Assembly: GCA_964016885.1 (NCBI GenBank) | Contig: OZ024743.1 | Coordinates: 140,678,001 to 140,742,000 of the forward strand | Direction of reading: 5' to 3' | DNA length: 64,000 nucleotides | Origin: Eledone cirrhosa | Lineage: Eukaryota | Shown: in pieces, positions 30,900 through 44,431 of the stretch | Position numbering within the stretch: position 1 is the stretch's first letter | How the letters are laid out: the number at the start of each line of letters is the position of its first letter | Made by a program: the position numbers and the translations under genes | The notes under the pieces: generated by a model | Databases searched by the model: none | Told to the model about the DNA's origin: nothing | Seen by the model: the letters and a program-made list of their open reading frames with translations, nothing else

Positions 30900-32450
30900 C
30901 ACCAAACACCAAGCACCAAGCACCAAACACCAAGCACCAACCACCAAGCACCAAACACCAAGCACCAAGCACCAAACACCAAGCACCAATCACCAAACAG
31001 CAAACACCAAGCACCAAACACCAAACACCAAGCACCAAGCACCAAACACCAAGCACCAAGCACCAAACACCAAGCACCAAGCACCAAACACCAAAAACCA
31101 ATCACCAAGCACCAAGAGCAAACACCAAGCCCCGAGCACCAAACACCAAACACCAAACACCAAATAGCAAACACTAAACACCAAACACCAAACAGCAAAC
31201 ACAAAACACCAAATAGCAAATACCAAACAGCAAACACCAAACACCAAACAGCAAACACCAAACACCAACCAGGAAACACCAAACACCAAGCACCAAACAC
31301 CAAGCACCAAGCCCCAAGCACCAAACACCAAGCACCAAGCACCAAATACCAAGCACCAAGCACCATGCACCAAACACCTAGCACCAAGCACCAAACAGCA
31401 AACACCAAACAGCAAACACCAAACACCAACCAGCGAACACCAAGCACCAAACACCAAACACCAAGCACCAAGCACCAAACACCAAACACCAAGCACCAAG
31501 CACCACACACCAAATACCAAGCACCAAGCACTAAACACCAAACACCAAGCACCAAGCACCAATCACCAAGCACCAAGCACTAAACACCAAACACCTAGCA
31601 CCAAGCACCAAGCACCAAACACCAAGCACCAAGCACCAAGCACCAAACACCAAGCACCAAAGACCAATCCCCAAATACCAAGCACCAAGCACCAAACACT
31701 AATCACCAGGGACCAAGCACCAAACACCAAGAACCAAGCACCAAGCACTAAACACTAAACACCAAGCACCAAGCACCAAACACCAAACACCAAGCACCAA
31801 GTACCAAACTCCAAACACCAAACACCAAGCACCAAGCACCAAATCCCAAGCACCAAACACCAAGCACCAATCACCAAACACCAAACACCAAGCACCAAGC
31901 ACCAAACACCAAAAACCAAGCACCAAGCACCAAGCACCAAACACCAAGCACCAAGCACCAAACACCAAACAGCAAGCACCAAGCACCAAACACCAAACAC
32001 CAAGCACCAAGCACCACAATCCAACTACCAAGCACCAAGCACTAAACACCAAACACCAAGCACCAAGCACCAAGCATCAAGCACCAAGCACCAAACACCA
32101 AGCACCAAGCACCAAGCACCAAACATAAAACAACAAGTACCAAGCACCAAACACCAAACACCAAACACCAAACACCAAGCACAAAGCACCAAACACCAAA
32201 CACCAAGCACCAAGCACCAGACACCAAGCACCAAGCACCAAGCACCAAGCACCAAAAACCAAGCACCAAGCACCAAGGACCAAACACCAAGCACCAAACA
32301 CCAAACACCAAGCACCAAGCACCAAACACCAAACACCAAGCACCAAACACCAAACACCAAGCACCAATCACCAAACACCAAGCACCAAGCGCCAAACACC
32401 AAACACCAAACACCTAGCACCGAGCACCAAGCACCGAATCCCAAGCACCA
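30900..32450. repeat. ~1.5-kb block repeated 10,162 bp downstream (~41060-42610), bracketing the 2,846-bp HOR
   Basis: ORF pairs 30990/41152, 31174/41336, 31365/41527, 31563/41725 and 32042/42204 are all offset by 10162. Both blocks share the rare CAGCGAA and CACCATT-type variants. Confidence 0.9.
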
Positions 32451-32809
32451 AACACCAAGCACCAAGCACCAAGCACCAAGCACCAAGCACCAAACACCAT
32501 TCACCAAGCCCGAAGCACCAAACACGAAGCACCAAGCACCAAACACCAAACACCAAGCACCATGCACCCAGAACCAAGCACCAAGCACCAAACACCAAAC
32601 ACCAAGCACCAAGCACCAATCACCAAACACCAAGCACCAAACACCAAGCACCAAGCACCAAACACCATACACCAAGCACCAAGCACCAAACACCAAAAAC
32701 CAATCACCAAGCACCAAAGAGCAAACACCAAGCCCCAAGCACCAAACACCAAACACCAAACACCAAACAGCAAACACTAAACACCAAACACCAAACAGCA
32801 AACACGAAA

Positions 32810-35800
32810 CACCAAATAGCAAACACCAAACACCAACCAGGAAACACCAAACAGCAAACACCAAACAGCAAACGCCAAACAGCAAACATAAACACCAAAC
32901 ACCAAACACCAAGCACCAAGCACCAAGCACAAAACACCAAGCAACAAGCGCCAAGCACCAAACGCCAAACACCAAACACCAAACAGCAAACACCAATCAC
33001 CAAACACCAAACACCAAACACCAGACAGCAAACACGAAACAGCAAACACCAAACAGTAAACACCAAACAGCAAACACCAAACACCAAGCACCAAGCACCA
33101 CACACCAAATACCAAGCACCAAGCACTAAACACCAAACACCAAGCACCAAGCACCAATCACCAAGCACCAAGCACTAAACACCAAACACCTAGCACCAAG
33201 CACCAAGCACCAAACACCAAGCACCAAGCACCAAGCACCAAACACCAAGCACCAAAGACCAATCCCCAAATACCAAGCACCAAGCACCAAACACTAATCA
33301 CCAGGGACCAAGCACCAAACACCAAGAACCAAGCACCAAGCACTAAACACTAAACACCAAGCACCAAGCACCAAACACCAAACACCAAGCACCAAGTACC
33401 AAACTCCAAACACCAAACACCAAGCACCAAGCACCAAATCCCAAGCACCAAACACCAAGCACCAATCACCAAACACCAAACACCAAGCACCAAGCACCAA
33501 ACACCAAAAACCAAGCACCAAGCACCAAGCACCAAACACCAAGCACCAAGCACCAAACACCAAACAGCAAGCACCAAGCACCAAACACCAAACACCAAGC
33601 ACCAAGCACCACACACCAACTACCAAGCACCAAGCACTAAACACCAAACACCAAGCACCAAGCACCAAGCATCAAGCACCAAGCACCAAACACCAAGCAC
33701 CAAGCACCAAGCACCAAACATAAAACAACAAGTACCAAGCACCAAACACCAAACACCAAACACCAAACACCAAGCACAAAGCACCAAACACCAAACACCA
33801 AGCACCAAGCACCAGACACCAAGCACCAAGCACCAAGCACCAAGCACCAAAAACCAAGCACCAAGCACCAAGGACCAAACACCAAGCACCAAACACCAAA
33901 CACCAAGCACCAAACACCAAACACCAAGCACCAATCACCAAACACCAAGCACCAAGCGCCAAACACCAAACACCAAACACCTAGCACCAAGCACCAAGCA
34001 CCGAATCCCAAGCACCAAACACCAAGCACCAAGCACCAAGCACCAAGCTCCAAGCACCAAACACCAATCACCAAGCCCGAAGCACCAAACACGAAGCACC
34101 AAGCACCAAACACCAAACACCAAGCACCATGCACCCAGAACCAAGCACCAAGCACCAAACACCAAACACCAAGCACCAAGCACCAATCACCAAACACCAA
34201 GCACCAAACACCAAGCACCAAGCACCAAACACCATACACCAAGCACCAAGCACCAAACACCAAAAACCAATCACCAAGCACCAAAGAGCAAACACCAAGC
34301 CCCAAGCACCAAACACCAAACACCAAACACCAAACAGCAAACACTAAACACCAAACACCAAACAGCAAACACGAAACACCAAATAGCAAACACCAAACAC
34401 CAACCAGGAAACACCAAACAGCAAACACCAAACAGCAAACGCCAAACAGCAAACATAAACACCAAACACCAAACACCAAGCACCAAGCACCAAGCACAAA
34501 ACACCAAGCAACAAGCGCCAAGCACCAAACGCCAAACACCAAACACCAAACAGCAAACACCAATCACCAAACACCAAACACCAAACACCAAACAGCAAAC
34601 ACGAAACAGCAAACACCAAACAGTAAACACCAAACAGCAAACACCAAACAGCAAACACCAAACACCAGACACCAAACACCAAGCACCAAGCACCAAACAC
34701 CAAGCACCAAGCAACAAGCACCAATCACCAAGCACCAAGCACTAAACACCAAACACCTAGCACCAAGCACCAAGCACCAAACACCAAGCACCAAGCACCA
34801 AGCACCAAGCACCAAACACCAAGCACCAAAGACCAAGCCCCAAATACCAAGCACCAAGCACCAAACACCAGTCACCAGGCACCAAGCACCAAACACCAAC
34901 AACCAAGCACCAAGCACTAAACACCAAACACCAAGCACCAAGCACCAAACACCAAACACCAAGCACCAAGTACCAAACTCCAAACACCAAACACCAAGCA
35001 CCAAGCACCAAATCCCAAGCACCAAACACCAGGCACCAATCACCAAACACCAAACACCAAGCACCAAGCACCAAACACCCAAAACCAAGCACCAAGCACC
35101 AAGCACCAAACACCAAACACTGAACACCAAGTACCAAGCACCAAACACCAAGCACCAAGCGCCAAAGACCAAACACCAAGCACCAAGCACGAAACACCAA
35201 GCACCAAGCACCGAGCACCAAACACCAAGTACCAGGCACCAATCAACAAACACCAAGCACCAAGCACCAAATACCAGACAGCAAGCACCAAGCACCAAAC
35301 ACCAAACACCAAGCACCAAACACCAAACACCTAGCACCAAGCACCAAGCACCAAACACCAAGCACCAAGCACCAAACACCAAGCACCAATCACCAAACAC
35401 CAAACACCAAGCACCAAGCACCAAACACCAAGCACCAACCACCAAGCACCAAACACCAAGCACCAAGCACCAAACACCAAGCACCAATCACCAAACAGCA
35501 AACACCAAGCACCAAACACCAAACACCAAGCACCAAGCACCAAACACCAAGCACCAAGCACCAAACACCAAGCACCAAGCACCAAACACCAAAAACCAAT
35601 CACCAAGCACCAAGAGCAAACACCAAGCCCTGAGCACCAAACACCAAACACCAAACACCAAATAGCAAACACCAAACACCAACCAGGAAACACCAAACAG
35701 CAAACACCAAACAGCAAACGCCAAACAGCAAACATAAACACCAAACACCAAACACCAAGCACCAAGCACCAAGCACAAAACACCAAGCAACAAGCGCCAA

Positions 35801-38800
35801 GCACCAAACGCCAAACACCAAACACCAAACAGCAAACACCAATCACCAAACACCAAACACCAAACACCAGACAGCAAACACGAAACAGCAAACACCAAAC
35901 AGTAAACACCAAACAGCAAACACCAAACACCAAGCACCAAGCACCACACACCAAATACCAAGCACCAAGCACTAAACACCAAACACCAAGCACCAAGCAC
36001 CAATCACCAAGCACCAAGCACTAAACACCAAACACCTAGCACCAAGCACCAAGCACCAAACACCAAGCACCAAGCACCAAGCACCAAACACCAAGCACCA
36101 AAGACCAATCCCCAAATACCAAGCACCAAGCACCAAACACTAATCACCAGGGACCAAGCACCAAACACCAAGAACCAAGCACCAAGCACTAAACACTAAA
36201 CACCAAGCACCAAGCACCAAACACCAAACACCAAGCACCAAGTACCAAACTCCAAACACCAAACACCAAGCACCAAGCACCAAATCCCAAGCACCAAACA
36301 CCAAGCACCAATCACCAAACACCAAACACCAAGCACCAAGCACCAAACACCAAAAACCAAGCACCAAGCACCAAGCACCAAACACCAAGCACCAAGCACC
36401 AAACACCAAACAGCAAGCACCAAGCACCAAACACCAAACACCAAGCACCAAGCACCACACACCAACTACCAAGCACCAAGCACTAAACACCAAACACCAA
36501 GCACCAAGCACCAAGCATCAAGCACCAAGCACCAAACACCCAGCACCAAGCACCAAGCACCAAACATAAAACAACAAGTACCAAGCACCAAACACCAAAC
36601 ACCAAACACCAAACACCAAGCACAAAGCACCAAACACCAAACACCAAGCACCAAGCACCAGACACCAAGCACCAAGCACCAAGCACCAAGCACCAAAAAC
36701 CAAGCACCAAGCACCAAGGACCAAACACCAAGCACCAAACACCAAACACCAAGCACCAAACACCAAACACCAAGCACCAATCACCAAACACCAAGCACCA
36801 AGCGCCAAACACCAAACACCAAACACCTAGCACCAAGCACCAAGCACCGAATCCCAAGCACCAAACACCAAGCACCAAGCACCAAGCACCAAGCTCCAAG
36901 CACCAAACACCAATCACCAAGCCCGAAGCACCAAACACGAAGCACCAAGCACCAAACACCAAACACCAAGCACCATGCACCCAGAACCAAGCACCAAGCA
37001 CCAAACACCAAACACCAAGCACCAAGCACCAATCACCAAACACCAAGCACCAAACACCAAGCACCAAGCACCAAACACCATACACCAAGCACCAAGCACC
37101 AAACACCAAAAACCAATCACCAAGCACCAAAGAGCAAACACCAAGCCCCAAGCACCAAACACCAAACACCAAACACCAAACAGCAAACACTAAACACCAA
37201 ACACCAAACAGCAAACACGAAACACCAAATAGCAAACACCAAACACCAACCAGGAAACACCAAACAGCAAACACCAAACAGCAAACGCCAAACAGCAAAC
37301 ATAAACACCAAACACCAAACACCAAGCACCAAGCACCAAGCACAAAACACCAAGCAACAAGCGCCAAGCACCAAACGCCAAACACCAAACACCAAACAGC
37401 AAACACCAATCACCAAACACCAAACACCAAACACCAAACAGCAAACACGAAACAGCAAACACCAAACAGTAAACACCAAACAGCAAACACCAAACAGCAA
37501 ACACCAAACACCAGACACCAAACACCAAGCACCAAGCACCAAACACCAAGCACCAAGCAACAAGCACCTATCACCAAGCACCAAGCACTAAACACCAAAC
37601 ACCTAGCACCAAGCACCAAGCACCAAACACCAAGCACCAAGCACCAAGCACCAAGCACCAAACACCAAGCACCAAAGACCAAGCCCCAAATACCAAGCAC
37701 CAAGCACCAAACACCAGTCACCAGGCACCAAGCACCAAACACCAACAACCAAGCACCAAGCACTAAACACCAAACACCAAGCACCAAGCACCAAACACCA
37801 AACACCAAGCACCAAGTACCAAACTCCAAACACCAAACACCAAGCACCAAGCACCAAATCCCAAGCACCAAACACCAGGCACCAATCACCAAACACCAAA
37901 CACCAAGCACCAAGCACCAAACACCCAAAACCAAGCACCAAGCACCAAGCACCAAACACCAAACACTGAACACCAAGTACCAAGCACCAAACACCAAGCA
38001 CCAAGCGCCAAAGACCAAACACCAAGCACCAAGCACGAAACACCAAGCACCAAGCACCGAGCACCAAACACCAAGTACCAGGCACCAATCAACAAACACC
38101 AAGCACCAAGCACCAAATACCAGACAGCAAGCACCAAGCACCAAACACCAAACACCAAGCACCAAACACCAAACACCTAGCACCAAGCACCAAGCACCAA
38201 ACACCAAGCACCAAGCACCAAACACCAAGCACCAATCACCAAACACCAAACACCAAGCACCAAGCACCAAACACCAAGCACCAACCACCAAGCACCAAAC
38301 ACCAAGCACCAAGCACCAAACACCAAGCACCAATCACCAAACAGCAAACACCAAGCACCAAACACCAAACACCAAGCACCAAGCACCAAACACCAAGCAC
38401 CAAGCACCAAACACCAAGCACCAAGCACCAAACACCAAAAACCAATCACCAAGCACCAAGAGCAAACACCAAGCCCCGAGCACCAAACACCAAACACCAA
38501 ACACCAAATAGCAAACACCAAACACCAACCAGGAAACACCAAACAGCAAACACCAAACAGCAAACGCCAAACAGCAAACATAAACACCAAACACCAAACA
38601 CCAAGCACCAAGCACCAAGCACAAAACACCAAGCAACAAGCGCCAAGCACCAAACGCCAAACACCAAACACCAAACAGCAAACACCAATCACCAAACACC
38701 AAACACCAAACACCAGACAGCAAACACGAAACAGCAAACACCAAACAGTAAACACCAAACAGCAAACACCAAACACCAAGCACCAAGCACCACACACCAA

Positions 38801-41335
38801 ATACCAAGCACCAAGCACTAAACACCAAACACCAAGCACCAAGCACCAATCACCAAGCACCAAGCACTAAACACCAAACACCTAGCACCAAGCACCAAGC
38901 ACCAAACACCAAGCACCAAGCACCAAGCACCAAACACCAAGCACCAAAGACCAATCCCCAAATACCAAGCACCAAGCACCAAACACTAATCACCAGGGAC
39001 CAAGCACCAAACACCAAGAACCAAGCACCAAGCACTAAACACTAAACACCAAGCACCAAGCACCAAACACCAAACACCAAGCACCAAGTACCAAACTCCA
39101 AACACCAAACACCAAGCACCAAGCACCAAATCCCAAGCACCAAACACCAAGCACCAATCACCAAACACCAAACACCAAGCACCAAGCACCAAACACCAAA
39201 AACCAAGCACCAAGCACCAAGCACCAAACACCAAGCACCAAGCACCAAACACCAAACAGCAAGCACCAAGCACCAAACACCAAACACCAAGCACCAAGCA
39301 CCACACACCAACTACCAAGCACCAAGCACTAAACACCAAACACCAAGCACCAAGCACCAAGCATCAAGCACCAAGCACCAAACACCAAGCACCAAGCACC
39401 AAGCACCAAACATAAAACAACAAGTACCAAGCACCAAACACCAAACACCAAACACCAAACACCAAGCACAAAGCACCAAACACCAAACACCAAGCACCAA
39501 GCACCAGACACCAAGCACCAAGCACCAAGCACCAAGCACCAAAAACCAAGCACCAAGCACCAAGGACCAAACACCAAGCACCAAACACCAAACACCAAGC
39601 ACCAAACACCAAACACCAAGCACCAATCACCAAACACCAAGCACCAAGCGCCAAACACCAAACACCAAACACCTAGCACCAAGCACCAAGCACCGAATCC
39701 CAAGCACCAAACACCAAGCACCAAGCACCAAGCACCAAGCTCCAAGCACCAAACACCAATCACCAAGCCCGAAGCACCAAACACGAAGCACCAAGCACCA
39801 AACACCAAACACCAAGCACCATGCACCCAGAACCAAGCACCAAGCACCAAACACCAAACACCAAGCACCAAGCACCAATCACCAAACACCAAGCACCAAA
39901 CACCAAGCACCAAGCACCAAACACCATACACCAAGCACCAAGCACCAAACACCAAAAACCAATCACCAAGCACCAAAGAGCAAACACCAAGCCCCAAGCA
40001 CCAAACACCAAACACCAAACACCAAACAGCAAACACTAAACACCAAACACCAAACAGCAAACACGAAACACCAAATAGCAAACACCAAACACCAACCAGG
40101 AAACACCAAACAGCAAACACCAAACAGCAAACGCCAAACAGCAAACATAAACACCAAACACCAAACACCAAGCACCAAGCACCAAGCACAAAACACCAAG
40201 CAACAAGCGCCAAGCACCAAACGCCAAACACCAAACACCAAACAGCAAACACCAATCACCAAACACCAAACACCAAACACCAAACAGCAAACACGAAACA
40301 GCAAACACCAAACAGTAAACACCAAACACCAGACACCAAACACCAAGCACCAAGCACCAAACACCAAGCACCAAGCAACAAGCACCAATCACCAAGCACC
40401 AAGCACTAAACACCAAACACCTAGCACCAAGCACCAAGCACCAAACACCAAGCACCAAGCACCAAGCACCAAGCACCAAACACCAAGCACCAAAGACCAA
40501 GCCCCAAATACCAAGCACCAAGCACCAAACACCAGTCACCAGGCACCAAGCACCAAACACCAACAACCAAGCACCAAGCACTAAACACCAAACACCAAGC
40601 ACCAAGCACCAAACACCAAACACCAAGCACCAAGTACCAAACTCCAAACACCAAACACCAAGCACCAAGCACCAAATCCCAAGCACCAAACACCAGGCAC
40701 CAATCACCAAACACCAAACACCAAGCACCAAGCACCAAACACCCAAAACCAAGCACCAAGCACCAAGCACCAAACACCAAACACTGAACACCAAGTACCA
40801 AGCACCAAACACCAAGCACCAAGCGCCAAAGACCAAACACCAAGCACCAAGCACGAAACACCAAGCACCAAGCACCGAGCACCAAACACCAAGTACCAGG
40901 CACCAATCAACAAACACCAAGCACCAAGCACCAAATACCAGACAGCAAGCACCAAGCACCAAACACCAAACACCAAGCACCAAACACCAAACACCTAGCA
41001 CCAAGCACCAAGCACCAAACACCAAGCACCAAGCACCAAACACCAAGCACCAATCACCAAACACCAAACACCAAGCACCAAGCACCAAACACCAAGCACC
41101 AACCACCAAGCACCAAACACCAAGCACCAAGCACCAAACACCAAGCACCAATCACCAAACAGCAAACACCAAGCACCAAACACCAAACACCAAGCACCAA
41201 GCACCAAACACCAAGCACCAAGCACCAAACACCAAGCACCAAGCACCAAACACCAAAAACCAATCACCAAGCACCAAGAGCAAACACCAAGCCCCGAGCA
41301 CCAAACACCAAACACCAAACACCAAATAGCAAACA
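32810..41335. repeat. 2,846-bp higher-order repeat, 3 near-identical tandem copies (third has a 28-bp deletion near 40320)
   Basis: ORFs at 33158/36004/38850, 33637/36483/39329 and 34129/36975/39821 are offset by 2846. The offset becomes 2818 after ~40320 (37603/40421). Confidence 0.95.
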
Positions 41336-44300
41336 CTAAACACCAAACACCAAACAGCAAACACAAAACACCAAATAGCAAATACCAAACAGCAAACACC
41401 AAACACCAAACAGCAAACACCAAACACCAACCAGGAAACACCAAACACCAAGCACCAAACACCAAGCACCAAGCCCCAAGCACCAAACACCAAGCACCAA
41501 GCACCAAATACCAAGCACCAAGCACCATGCACCAAACACCTAGCACCAAGCACCAAACAGCAAACACCAAACAGCAAACACCAAACACCAACCAGCGAAC
41601 ACCAAGCACCAAACACCAAACACCAAGCACCAAGCACCAAACACCAAACACCAAGCACCAAGCACCACACACCAAATACCAAGCACCAAGCACTAAACAC
41701 CAAACACCAAGCACCAAGCACCAATCACCAAGCACCAAGCACTAAACACCAAACACCTAGCACCAAGCACCAAGCACCAAACACCAAGCACCAAGCACCA
41801 AGCACCAAACACCAAGCACCAAAGACCAATCCCCAAATACCAAGCACCAAGCACCAAACACTAATCACCAGGGACCAAGCACCAAACACCAAGAACCAAG
41901 CACCAAGCACTAAACACTAAACACCAAGCACCAAGCACCAAACACCAAACACCAAGCCCCAAGTACCAAACTCCAAACACCAAACACCAAGCACCAAGCA
42001 CCAAATCCCAAGCACCAAACACCAAGCACCAATCACCAAACACCAAACACCAAGCACCAAGCACCAAACACCAAAAACCAAGCACCAAGCACCAAGCACC
42101 AAACACCAAGCACCAAGCACCAAACACCAAACAGCAAGCACCAAGCACCAAACACCAAACACCAAGCACCAAGCACCACACACCAACTACCAAGCACCAA
42201 GCACTAAACACCAAACACCAAGCACCAAGCACCAAGCATCAAGCACCAAGCACCAAACACCAAGCACCAAGCACCAAGCACCAAACATAAAACAACAAGT
42301 ACCAAGCACCAAACACCAAACACCAAACACCAAACACCAAGCACAAAGCACCAAACACCAAACACCATGCACCAAGCACCAGACACCAAGCACCAAGCAC
42401 CAAGCACCAAGCACCAAAAACCAAGCACCAAGCACCAAGGACCAAACACCAAGCACCAAACACCAAACACCAAGCACCAAGCACCAAACACCAAACACCA
42501 AGCACCAAACACCAAACACCAAGCACCAATCACCAAACACCAAGCACCAAGCGCCAAACACCAAACACCAAACACCTAGCACCGAGCACCAAGCACCGAA
42601 TCCCAAGCACCAAGCACCAAGCACCAAACACCATTCACCAAGCCCGAAGCACCAAACACGAAGCACCAAGCACCAAACACCAAACACCAAGCACCAAGCA
42701 CCAATCACCAAGCACCAAGCACTAAACACCAAACACCTAGCACCAAGCACCAAGCACCAAACACCAAGCACCAAGCACCAAGCACCAAACACCAAGCACC
42801 AAAGACCAATCCCCAAATACCAAGCACCAAGCACCAAACACTAATCACCAGGGACCAAGCACCAAACACCAAGAACCAAGCACCAAGCACTAAACACTAA
42901 ACACCAAGCACCAAGCACCAAACACCAAACACCAAGCACCAAGTACCAAACTCCAAACACCAAACACCAAGCACCAAGCACCAAATCCCAAGCACCAAAC
43001 ACCAAGCACCAATCACCAAACACCAAACACCAAGCACCAAGCACCAAACACCAAAAACCAAGCACCAAGCACCAAGCACCAAACACCAAGCACCAAGCAC
43101 CAAACACCAAACAGCAAGCACCAAGCACCAAACACCAAACACCAAGCACCAAGCACCACACACCAACTACCAAGCACCAAGCACTAAACACCAAACACCA
43201 AGCACCAAGCACCAAGCATCAAGCACCAAGCACCAAACACCAAGCACCAAGCACCAAGCACCAAACATAAAACAACAAGTACCAAGCACCAAACACCAAA
43301 TACCAAACACCAAACACCAAGCACAAAGCACCAAACACCAAACACCAAGCACCAAGCACCAGACACCAAGCACCAAGCACCAAGCACCAAGCACCAAAAA
43401 CCAAGCACCAAGCACCAAGGACCAAACACCAAGCACCAAACACCAAACACCAAGCACCAAACACCAAACACCTAGCACCAAGCACCAAGCACCGAATCCC
43501 AAGCACCAAACACCAAGCACCAAGCACCAAGCACCAAGCACCAAGCACCAAACACCAATCACCAAGCCCGAAGCACCAAACACGAAGCACCAAGCACCAA
43601 ACACCAAACACCAAGCACCATGCACCCAGAACCAAGCACCAAGCACCAAACACCAAACACCAAGCACCAAGCACCAATCACCAAACACCAAGCACCAAAC
43701 ACCAAGCACCAAGCACCAAACACCATACACCAAGCACCAAGCACCAAACACCAAAAACCAATCACCAAGCACCAAAGAGCAAACACCAAGCCCCAAGCAC
43801 CAAACACCAAACACCAAACACCAAACAGCAAACACTAAACACCAAACACCAAACAGCAAACACGAAACACCAAATAGCAAACACCAAACACCAACCAGGA
43901 AACACCAAACAGCAAACACCAAACAGCAAACGCCAAACAGCAAACATAAACACCAAACACCAAACACCAAGCACCAAGCACCAAGCACAAAACACCAAGC
44001 AACAAGCGCCAAGCACCAAACGCCAAACACCAAACACCAAACAGCAAACACCAATCACCAAACACCAAACACCAAACACCAAACAGCAAACACGAAACAG
44101 CAAACACCAAACACTAAACACCAAACAGCAAACACCAAACAGCAAACACCAAACACCAAACACCAAACACCAAGCACCAAGCACCAAACACCAAGCACCA
44201 AGCAACAAGCACCAATCACCAAGCACCAAGCACTAAACACCAAACACCTAGCACCAAGCACCAAGCACCAAACACCAAGCACCAAGCACCAAGCACCAAG

Positions 44301-44431
44301 CACCAAACACCAAGCACCAAAGACCAAGCCCCAAATACCAAGCACCAAGCACCAAACACCAGTCACCAGGCACCAAGCACCAAACACCAACAACCAAGCA
44401 CCAAGCACTAAACACCAAACACCAAGCACCA

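Noticed and set aside
30900-42610. LTR-type mobile element suggested by 1.5-kb direct repeats 10 kb apart
   Set aside because: Repeats and interior are all satellite, with no TG...CA termini, primer-binding site, polypurine tract or gag/pol coding sequence.
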